The translations under genes were made by a program, and so were the position numbers. The notes under the pieces were generated by a model, which was not told where the DNA came from, ran no database searches, and saw only the letters and a list, made by a program, of their open reading frames with translations. Positions 53,696 to 64,000 of a DNA stretch of 64,000 nucleotides are shown one piece after another. The stretch spans positions 259,971 to 323,970 of the forward strand of contig JAQGDQ010000050.1 of the NCBI GenBank assembly GCA_030141605.1. The letters are read 5' to 3'. Source of the DNA: Tubiluchus corallicola. Lineage: Eukaryota; Animalia; Priapulida. Every line of letters starts with the position of its first letter. Position 1 is the stretch's first letter.

Positions 53696-55705
53696 ATTAT
53701 CCTGTCAGATTCTCAAGGGCTTTAATTACACTGCTGCGATAAAAATAAGTTATGTGCGCAGAAACAAGTGAATGAAGCTGTCACGTAGACAAACAATCCA
53801 CAGGATACAATTAGCCCAGCCCTCATTGTTTAAGTTATACACGTGTAACTGGGTTATATTAAATGAATTAGTACATTTTAGTTACGCCCTTTGCTTTAAG
53901 GCACGATGAAAGCGGAGCTCATAGTTCACGCACGATAGACAAGCATTTATTTTTGTTTTCTGGGTCTGCGTCAAGAATACATAATGCTTTTTAAAATTGA
54001 ATTTGAGAACAGTTTTATGGCTCGACCTGCATTTAGTTCCGCAGATTAGTTAGCGAGTAGATGTTGTTCAGTGATACATTAATCATTATAAACATTCTTT
54101 TTAGGCTTTGCACGTCCAGACTTAACTTACTTGAGAAAACAAGACAAATCTTTGTCACACAGACTGTCATAAAACACCTGAACGCGCGTCAGCAGACTCA
54201 CACATGACCTTTTAGTTCACTTTTTCTTGTAGCGTGAAACGTGGTCGTACCTTTGCTAGTAGAGAAATTGTTTAAACCAAAATAACGAATTACTCTTTTA
54301 TCACTATAAGTTCCAATGTGCAAACAATAAGAAGTGCTAGTTGCCTGTGTAATATAATTGTATATTTTTTCCGACTGATTCATTTGATCTTGCCTAGGTC
54401 ACTAAACGTTATTATTAGTACATAAACGTTAGTATAAATGTTATTACATTTGTTTTACCAAAGCTCATTTGAAAGTGCAAAATATAATTCAATTATAGAT
54501 TATATATTGTCTATTTATATATAGAGTCTATTGTCCATAAATGATGTCCAGACTTTTTGACGATCTGTCATTGCTGTATTTTTTAATTCATCCATTTCAT
54601 TTTTCAACATGTTTGCCCCAGGTGATGGATGTTGAACTAGGCTATTCATTCTTCACGACCCATATCTATATACAGTATGCAATCAGCATTTTCTAGTTAC
54701 GTGAAACTGTGCTACAATTATATAACATAATCATAGTTTTTAGCAATGCAAAATGCCAGTACGCTTTACCAGCAGTTCTCGTTTTTTTATGTTGTAAAAG
54801 CTGCTTGGTCACAAAGGGGATTTCCTAATTTCAGCTGTTTTTATGCTAAGCAAGATTAGTTCCTGGCATCCACATTAGGACTTAATCACGCCTATTTATG
54901 AGCATTTAAGTCAAGGTATGCACCGATCTACCTTTGGTGCCATCCCAAATTCAAGTATGAGAGCTTCTGGGTAAGGTATAAGAACCCGAGAGAGGAAAAG
55001 TAAAAAAAACATGGACTAACAGTTTTTTCAAAATTTATCTAAAAATTTACAAATAACGTACCCATGTAATGATTAAATCCTGAAAACCTTGTTTAGTAGT
55101 TTCTTTGCTACACTTCCGTTCGTTTACACACAAAATCACGATATTATAATAAGATTCATTATGGGTTTTAAAGCACATCACTTGTCACTATAGATTTTGG
55201 GTAGATTGCGTTTTAAAACGGCTTCTTTGTTTTAAAGTAGACATTTTATAAAAAAGGACAGGCCTTGTGGCGAAAATAACTGCTTCGTCGAAAATTAGTG
55301 ATTGTGCCAGATAGTTAAAACCGTTTATAGAAATTTTTAGTGTGGTAAACTCGATATTTTATCTATGTAGTATAAAACTTGTTTATAATTTTTGCGTGGA
55401 ATTGTTAATAACTTGTTCTCGCGGCCTACATTTTATGTTTTTGATGTGAGTTTTTATTGTATATGACTTCGTGTGATTTTATTTGCGCATTGTTTACGCA
55501 TTTACTTTCGCTTTAGCTTTAGGCAAGAGATCAAAAATATAATTTATATACAGAGAGATGTTTATAACGTGTTTTATTAAGCAGGTGTTTTTAGAACTTC
55601 ACTGTTTATTATCTTTCTTGATCCAGATGTTGATTCTTATAACGATTACCCGGCAGTTTTTTCATAGATTTATGTTAAATGCTCGCATTAGCCAAGCACA
55701 TTTAA

Positions 55706-56322
55706 AGGAAGACAGGATGATTTTTCATATACTACCCCATTTTCAAGTCTGATGAAAAGCATACGTTTTAATACAATTAATACTGCAAAAACGTTTCTGA
55801 TAATTAAATAATAGATTAAACACATAATAAACGGCGGGCTAGCCCATTTATTAATGACATCACAAACTAACATAATTTTCAAATGCGAAAAGATTCCAAG
55901 AGTGTGTTGCACGTGTTTGGGAAAGCGAAAATTGAAGTACAGTGCTACTGTAAGACATTCAGTGTGTTGTACTAAAACTAGGCAAGTTTTAAAATAAAAT
56001 TCAAATTTTAAATTTACCGCTCTGCCACGTTTGAGCTGTCGAACGCGTGTAGTTCGTCAGAACCTAACACATTTGAACTGAGAGGTACAGCACCTGTTTT
56101 TGTGGAATGCGCTTCCAAAATGCAGGTGCTAGTGCCCGTCTAACCAGCGAATGGCGACATGCATGTGACAGCGAGGAACTAGTGGCACGAACGTGAAATT
56201 GTGTTTGTGTGCTAATAATTCCTTCACGTAAGACATTTTTTGAAAAAATAGTATGCTTTCTTTCAATATTTTAAAGAGTTGATTGTTTTGACCTACAGTT
56301 TTAGATTGGGTCCGGTTTTGTT
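55706..56322 (-). mobile_element. Non-autonomous Kolobok-like DNA transposon, copy 2
   Basis: Reverse-complement homolog of 6365-6942; TTAA at 55702-55705 and 56323-56326. Confidence 0.75.
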
Positions 56323-56585
56323 TTAATTGAAAACGAGCAGTATAAAAAATCAACATCAGTTCTTTAAATTCTGGATCCTCATGCGAGATAATTGTGGCAA
56401 ACTGCTTCTCCCTCATATCGGCTATTATACTTTTTAGAAGATGACCCAAACCCTACTACCAAGTCATCAGACAGTTACTCCGTACTAACTCTGTCCTACA
56501 TTAATTTCAAGAAATGTCCATTGCTTAGTTTAGCTCAGAAACGTTTACTTCTGTTACCTTATTAACATCAACACTTCGGCCTTTA

Positions 56586-56710
56586 AAATCACAGGTAAAA
56601 AAGTCTCAGAAAAAAGTCACAGGAAAAACCTCAGAAAGAAAAATGTCGCAGGAAAAAATCAAAGGAAAAAAGAAATAACCCTAGCCTTAACCCCTAACTC
56701 TAACTCTTAG
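56586..56710. repeat. Degenerate aaaaagtcacagg repeats followed by CCCTAA-like hexamers; probable non-autonomous element fragment
   Basis: aaaatcacagg/aaagtctcag/aaagtcacagg/aatgtcgcagg followed by accctagccttaacccctaactctaactc. Confidence 0.55.
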
Positions 56711-57713
56711 AGGTATTGAACAGAACGTGATTTTTTCACATAGGCCTACCTGTAATGCCATCATATATAAATAGTGATGTCAATTCGTACAAGTCTTGTA
56801 TTCCCGATTAATAACTGATTGAAGTGTTTTTTGTTTAATTACTTTAATTGTTTACCTTACTTAAATGAATTGTGATTGTACATGGAGAATATTTGCTACA
56901 CTTCTGGAAGTCCTTTTCCCATTAGCCAGTCCCATAAAAATTCCATGCTTTCACCTGTTTTTTCCGTTTTTTAAAAATGTTAAAAATTGAACTTACATGG
57001 CGCAAACTTTCTATGAACGCCTAATTATATAGTAATACAATCATCCTAAAATGGTAGCCTACTGCAGTTAGTGCTTTATTTTTTGCTCTATTAGCCTTTC
57101 TTGAATCGACCAAAATGCAAATGACATGGTCCAAATCTCAGAGCAAACTTGGTCCAGACTCCAGTGGCGAGTAATCGATCTCTCATCTAACGCTCTGTAC
57201 GAGCCTGTGGTAGGGCTAGTTAGTCAATCAGTCAGTTAAAAGGTAATTTACTTAAACAGTATTATTATATCTAATTTTCAACGTCTACTGCCCACTTCAT
57301 TCCTTTCAGCTTATCGCACTATAGCCAGGCTTAGAAAAATGTACTTTATATTCACATCCACATTTGTGTGGTCACATGTAGTCGGTTTATTGAACCCGTT
57401 CATGGGATTATAATGCCGGAGGACGTGTAGGTTTTAATTACTCAAATAAATGGAATAATAATGCTCAGTAATTGTACTGTTTTCGTAATTTGTATGTACG
57501 GTTCGTAAGCATCTGTGACTTTGGGTTAACCACCCCAGTTCACAGTTCAATCAGCGCAATAAACGTTTTTAACATACAAGTAACAGATAAATTTAATTTA
57601 CATGTGCTGTAGTATAGCCAAAGACTTAATTACCTAGCTACGAACAAGATAATGAACAACTTTTAATTTAGTTTAGTAATTTTTACTTCCTTCAAATACA
57701 AATCAAGGCAAGG

Positions 57714-57845
57714 AGTTTACAATTCCCCACTCAATTAAATACCCTAACTCTAACCCTATCCCTAACCCCTACCCTAACCCTAACCCTAACTCTAACCCTA
57801 ATCCACTTCACAAGCTAATTTCTGGTGCGTGGAGAATTGTAAACT
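57714..57845. mobile_element. Mini-element: 17-bp inverted repeats enclosing about 10 degenerate CCCTAA hexamers
   Basis: agtttacaattccccac (57714-57730) and gtggagaattgtaaact (57829-57845), 1 mismatch; hexamers at 57742-57801. Confidence 0.75.
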
Positions 57846-58778
57846 TTAGCCCAAATCACGTTACATTTCGTAAAATCGATAAAATAAGACGAAAATTATT
57901 CAGTCTGGAAGAAAAAGTAATGAAAGTATTAACATTAACCTAAAGTATTAGCGTTTTAATCTGCTTATATCAATGGCAAGGCTATTACACTAAAAAGCGC
58001 ATAACGGAGAAGAGAGCAGTATCCCCCAAAATACCACCCGCATTTGAACGGAATCCGTCTGGGTTAAACACTGACTATTGGGCAGGAAGCTAGGAGTATT
58101 TTGTAGCTCACGTTGCGATTCAATTTTTAAGGACCGTTTTGACACTTACGTAACGCCCCTTTATCGAAACTGTAGAGTTGGACAACTCAGCAAGAGACTC
58201 TATATCGGCTGTTCTTTTAATGAGATAAACAACTTGTCGTTCAAGATTAAGATATTAGAGATTTTATAAGCCCATAGGTATAAATGTCTCAGTCTTGACG
58301 ACTTTTACGAAATTTGTTTTGGAATATTAGCTCGTTTCTAATAATTAATCTGACAATTTGCAACGAAGACTATTCATAAACGCGTAACTGTTCATCGGAC
58401 TCTTTAGAACTTTCATCACTACATATAAATCGTTACTGAATGACCCATTTATAATTCATTGTACTTCAATTAAAAATTGCGATTCATAAACGCGTCGAAT
58501 TATCTATTTTACTCTGTATAGCTTATTAGAGTAACATAGTTGTAATTTTCCAATATAGTCTGTTATGAAACATGAATTTCTACACAAATGCAATAGCATG
58601 GCGCTTGTAACAAGCGTCGATGTTGAGCGAATGCCGTCATGTACAACGCGATGGTCTGAACTTGCAATTGGTCACTGTGAAGTCTTTGTTATACCGTTAT
58701 TCTTGATAAAATGATTAACTAAAATTTGTAATTATTTTATGAATTTAAATTAATGTTTGTGCTTGTCTTTATTTCTAG

Positions 58779-58887
58779 GTCTCGCCCGCTTAGAAACCCC
58801 AGAAGGCATTCATGTCCGAATCCGGTTGATCACTCTGGTGCTGTCATTTGTGAAATCTACGATTCCAATGAAAACCTGTGGCATGCG
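58779..58887 (+). CDS. Internal exon (phase 2 to 0) of the large + strand gene
   Basis: Acceptor tctttatttctag|, translation SRPLRNPRRHSCPNPVDHSGAVICEIYDSNENLWHA, donor |gtaatt. Frame-compatible with 52682 and 61514. Confidence 0.75.
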
Positions 58888-60709
58888 GTAATTAAGATTT
58901 AAAACTTTAATGCTTTCCAGTATGTTTACAAAGTACTTTGTTATTGTGAAGATATTTGGTGTCTTTTGTTACTAAAAGCTTCAGAAGATATAGGCGGCCG
59001 CATGTCTTTTTGAGCAAACTGACACTCTAATTAGATGTCTTGAAAGCTGGTAATTATATAGGTCGCGTAGCTGAATAATGTAACGTTCCTGAATTTCCAG
59101 TTATTGTGCGTTATTGTTTTTAGAAATTTAATAATGATTCAGTTAACACGTGCCAGAACTTTCCGTTAGGCCTGCAGCACTAGTAATTACCTTAATTATA
59201 ACCTAAAACCAAAAATGGCATAATACAGATAATATTTAGGCCTTTAGAACGATTCATCCGAGCGCCCACCGTGATCGCACAGATGTTTCCCTTGCCCTAT
59301 TATTACAAACAAGAAAATTACTGTAATACAATTTAAGAATACGTCAATATGACTTTGTAATTTTGTTGCCAGTTATTGACTTTTCTACAAACGATTCCTT
59401 GTTTAAAGTTAAAGGCGCAAATGTTTAGACCTGGGTCAAAGGCGGCCTTTCTGTTGCTCCTTAACATCATTCAGAATGGTAATTTTGTGCCAAATTCTAA
59501 GAAGATTTCAAAAATCTGTCTGTTGTCTAAGATTCATCTTTCAATGCCACGAGTCTTGAAAATTCGGGTTAGTAGTTCGTTGTTTTGGCAGTTGAATGAA
59601 TGAGCGTTGTTTGGTCCTTTACCACTTGATTGATGTATATTTGTAAGACAAAACTTCAAAAAATTGACTGTAGAATGTTCTACTAATAATAGACTTCATA
59701 AACGCACAATAAAACGCGGCGTTTACTAAGTACAGCCGAATGATTTTTCGGACGCAGCAATTATCTCTAAAGTGAACTAATGTACATGTAGTTTAAAACA
59801 AGCAACAAGCAACAGTTCCGCATTGAAGAAAGTCGCACAAATAGCACTATACTTTTCATTACACTTCATTTTGAAATTAGAATTAACAAATCATTTAAGA
59901 ACAATAATTACTCATAAATGATTTATTATAAATAATTCAAAAAGTTAAATAGACCTATAGGTGAAACACTTAAAAAACAACTCGTAAATGGCCATATTCT
60001 GGCCTGAACTGATTTTGGTAGGAGGCAGAAGACAAACCTATGCGATTAAGAGTCACCCTGCCATCAAACAATTAAGTCGATAGCTCAGAAGCCTTTAAAA
60101 TATCAGGATGAGTCTTAAGTGGACGCACCAGTTATTTGTATAATTTGCAAAACCACGTTGGATTGAAAATATGTCTGTGCAACAGTGCAATCGTTAAAAA
60201 TGAATAAGCCTTTCTCGGCAGACATAAACAACAACAGATTGGACATAAACAGCAATTATTTAAAAGTTGGATAAAGATGAAAGAGCAAAAATCTGAACAC
60301 AATCTGGTCTTTTAATTTTAGTTTTCCAAATAGATTATGAGTTGGAAAAACGGTCCATTTCCACGACGTATCACGCCCCGTTGATTTTTCCCCAATCTAG
60401 GTATACCAACAGGATTTTTTCCCATTTAAATTCACTCGTTGTCGCCATCATCATCATCTTCACAACCGTTGTTGTCTTTTGCACCATTTTCTTCACAGAC
60501 TTCGTTTGATCATGCAGTTTGTGTTGTAACGTCAGAATTTTTATTCTTAAAGTATTAAAATTGAAATATTCAGTTTGGTTTACCTCTGAGAAAAGTGCCT
60601 TGTTCTGAAATATCTAAGCAAGGTAAATCAGTTCATTAACTTACAAAACCGTCTTTTCTGCATTGCTAACTAAAGCGTGTTCATCCTTCTTGCTTTAAAG
60701 GGAACAACT

Positions 60710-60724
60710 ATGTCACTTAGCATG
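60710..60724 (+). CDS. Candidate alternative first coding exon end (MSLSM)
   Basis: aact ATG TCA CTT AGC ATG|gtaagt, a consensus donor in phase 0, frame-compatible with the acceptor at 61514. Confidence 0.4.
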
Positions 60725-61513
60725 GTAAGTTTATTTTACTGTTACCACTTAAAGTTAGAAAAATATAAAAAATAAGAAATTTGCAAAAAACTGTCTATAA
60801 AGTATAAAGTTAATAGGCACGGTAGTAGCCGCCATTTACTCGAAAGTTGTAACGTAACTGGTGGCCTTCGTGACTTTTTGTAAGTGCATCGTGGCTTTCC
60901 GTAAGCACGCACCGAATAAGCTAATTCAAACTTCTGCAACTTACCTAAGGTTTATGCAAATATAACAAAATTAGCTATCTAATTTTTCGTAAAAACTTAC
61001 TATAGTTGTGATAGAAATTGACAGTGCGCTGCTTTTGTTCAGTCGGTGAAAGACGTCATTGGTGAAAAAATTGGCATTCAAATTGTGAGTGCCCATGCGC
61101 CCAAGCAACTTTAAGGTTATTTTCTTAATTACACAAGGCACTTATCACACTTTTATTATTAATTTTCTAACATTTTTTACAAACGTTGGAATAAGTGAAG
61201 TTCCTAGAAGGCTTGGTCTTTCCTTTAGTTAGTTTGCATAATAGAAGGAAGCTCAAATTCTTTCAAGTAACCGAATTGTTTGATTTTGTCGTCCTAGTCT
61301 TGATGATGACGATAACGATTATGATAATATGGCTATGACGATGACGATGATGATGACAATGATGATAATAATAACATGATTCAAAAGAAGTAACAGTTAT
61401 ACTGCTAACTTTCCTTAGTTAACTTTCCTCATTTGACTGAAATCAGTCTGCAACACCATTTTTTTTAATTATAAACTAGGTAATGAAATTTATTATAAGT
61501 AATTTTATTTCAG

Positions 61514-62853
61514 AGGGATCTCACGACGGAATTTATTTCTGATGAAGATGATGTGTGGTATTCAGATTCTTCATTCACTGATGACGAAGATGAATCAGAA
61601 GAGGCAATAATGAAAAGGAAATGTGCTTTGTTTCAGGAAGTACACAACGAGTTAAAGTCTCGCCTTGGGGAACGTTCTATGTCCGTGCCAAATAGACTTA
61701 ATTTAATTGGGATTGTTAATAGTAATGTTGAGCCAAACAGAGGTCCATGCAAGCGACGCAGGAGCCGGCGTAAGTCATCAGCGAGTGTGTGGGACATCAC
61801 GCGATTCTTTAAAGCAGAATCAGCTAAAGAAAAAGTATCGACTACAGCGCGGCTAAAAAATCTTGTGAACAAAAAATTTGGTAAAATCGTAAAAAGCAGA
61901 AGTACCAGTAATCTTCATATTCAGAAAACATTGCTTGGTGACAACTATGATAAATACTCACAGATATCGTCACCAATTTTCCATGTTGGAAATGTGACAC
62001 AGAAGACAGCTGATCCTGCACTCGGTGATAGAAAAACCACAGTGAAAACTTGTGATTCTTATGCTTTAATGAACTCGGGAAATTGTAATGGACGGGAGAG
62101 ACAATCAAATGCCTTGGCAAGTGTGCTAAAATCTGGAGTTAAGAAAATCAACAGAAGCGAGAGAAGCAAGTCTGATCCGCGCGGCATGTTTATTAAATGT
62201 GATAATTCCATTACAACTATTCCCCATTGTGCAACTAATCCCGAGTTACCTCCACCACCACTGCCTAGAAAACCAATAGAGAGGCCTCCATTGATTCCAC
62301 CTAGAAAACCTATTAAGCAACCGCTTACTTCAATATCGACAAGGCCTAGAGTAAGGCACTCAGTTACAGCTTTACAATGTCCAGGCCTTGACGTTGTTTC
62401 ACCGGTAATGTCACTAGAAAGTGAACGTCGACCATACTCAAATGTTGTAGTTGACGAAAAAGATGCAAGGTGTAAAAACAGGAGTAACTTAAATAGGACA
62501 CGAAAGTTGTCTATGCCGGTAAATATCCAGTTACTGGGATTGTCATCAACAGATGCAGCAGATACGCCTCGGAGATTCTCTAATATACAATCAGAGACAG
62601 TTCTGAGAAATGACTCCCCTCCACCGCTGCCAAAAAGAAATTCACCATCACATGCTGTGGTTATAACACTTGGCGAGCCACAGGCATTGCAACCTTCCCG
62701 AAAGATGTCAACAACTGATCCTAGTCCTTATCAAAGTAGTCATTCACAGGTGCAAGTAGATAATGAGCCTCCCAAAAAACTAGTTTTGACCATTGATGGT
62801 AATGAATCTAATGAAGCGCCATCACTGCCGCAATGCAACAATAATATACTCAG
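61514..62853 (+). CDS. Large internal exon (phase 0 to 2), Ser/Pro/basic disordered region
   Basis: Acceptor ttttatttcag|AGG GAT..., 446 open codons, PPPPLPRK/PPLIPPRK/PPPLPKR SH3-ligand-like motifs, donor AG|gtatgg. Confidence 0.9.
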
Positions 62854-63125
62854 GTATGGTTCTAAATATATATTTCATTTGATTCATTGAATTCATAAAA
62901 CTCGTCTGATATTAACATTGGACTTGAGACAAATGGATTTTGTAATTTCAAGCAGCATTTTCTAAGAAAAATAATTGTCACTAGAATCTTTATAATTAAC
63001 AGCTGATGCGCGGGATTTGGAAATTACCTAATTTGTATGAAATTACTTATATGTTTATATATATTTATAGCATAGAATTATGTAGGCCTATATAATTTAT
63101 TTTAAGATCTGGGTATATATTGCAG

Positions 63126-63496
63126 TTCTCAAAAGACTATCAGTCGAAGTCCAACAAAGCTTTCTTCATCTTCCCAGTCGTCTATTGATTATCCAGTCAT
63201 CTCACTTCCTCGAAGACCTGACGATGGTTCTTCTGCAGCTCCTCAGCGGCACGGATCCGATTTGTCCCGCACATCCACCGACTCAGCAAATCCGATATCA
63301 CGCAATAGTTCGCAGTCGAGTGACTCGAGTGCAGTGCGATTAACGTTGCCCAATAGAACCAATTCCAGGACATCCAATTCTTCGGCTGATTCAGCTGTGG
63401 CAATGATGTCACCGCCCTCTGTGCCTAGACTTTCACATAAGACACCTTTTCAGAAGGAACTTCAGAAGAATAAAGCTAAAACTATTGCCATAACAG
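63126..63496 (+). CDS. Internal exon (phase 2 to 1), Ser-rich; gene continues beyond the window
   Basis: Acceptor ttgcag|, open frame SQKTISRSPTK...PPSVPRLSHKTPFQKELQKNKAKTIAIT-G, donor G|gtaagt. Confidence 0.88.
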
Positions 63497-63592
63497 GTAA
63501 GTGTGCCCTCTAATATGGTACTCATCATTCTTCTGTTATTATTAATTTGATAAAAAGCCAACCATCACAAATTTTACAACAGATACAAAATC

Positions 63593-63652
63593 ATATTCCT
63601 AATCGACTGATAGGGTCAGATTATATTCCTAATCGACTGATAGGGTCAGATT
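63593..63652. repeat. Perfect 30-bp tandem duplication
   Basis: atattcctaatcgactgatagggtcagatt x2. Confidence 0.95.
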
Positions 63653-64000
63653 TTCAATACCTGATAATTCGATACGATGACATCATAATATTAAACAAGA
63701 TTATAATAAAAGGTCACTGTTTGGCACTATTTTCATATTCTGCTTGACTGTTTCCTTTTTTCTATATACCACCACAATTCCAAAATTGCAAGAATTAAAT
63801 AGCATTAATTTTTGAATCAGTGTTCTGACATAAACAGTATCAATATAGTACATATATCTGAGACCGTTTGAAAAAGATCCTAAAGATATATTTATGTAAT
63901 ATGCGCATGTGCGGGTGCTGTGGTTAAAGATTAACCGTTAAAAACTGCGAAATCGCTTTGGCATACAAAACAGCACACACTTTTTAAGTGCTCACCAGCT

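Overview
AT-rich animal (invertebrate, probably non-arthropod) nuclear DNA with GT-AG introns, microsatellites and transposon relics; there is no prokaryotic system or CRISPR array. From left to right: (1) the last two exons of a CYP2-clan cytochrome P450 (833-1048, 5112-5290); (2) an intronless class A GPCR with degenerate activation motifs (14589-15572); (3) the 5' part of a large + strand gene with low-complexity, Pro/Ser/Tyr-motif-rich exons (22391-24706; 52618-52682, 58779-58887, 61514-62853, 63126-63496), apparently with several alternative N-terminal modules and continuing beyond the window; (4) between those exons, a second intronless class A GPCR (30714-31709, same strand) and a complete 4-exon, 409-aa gustatory-receptor-like (Grl/7TMIC) gene on the minus strand (46315-43896). 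The Grl has the three phase-0 C-terminal introns and the TYhhhhhQF motif typical of the family; the ORF track shows only its first exon. The repeat landscape includes two inverted copies of a TTAA-flanked Kolobok-like element, a Sola2-like transposase relic, Meta-type tRNA SINEs, LINE fragments, a 20-bp minisatellite with an 80-bp higher-order period, several fold-back palindromes and a telomere-repeat-containing mini-element. All calls come from manual reading and translation; no database search was run.
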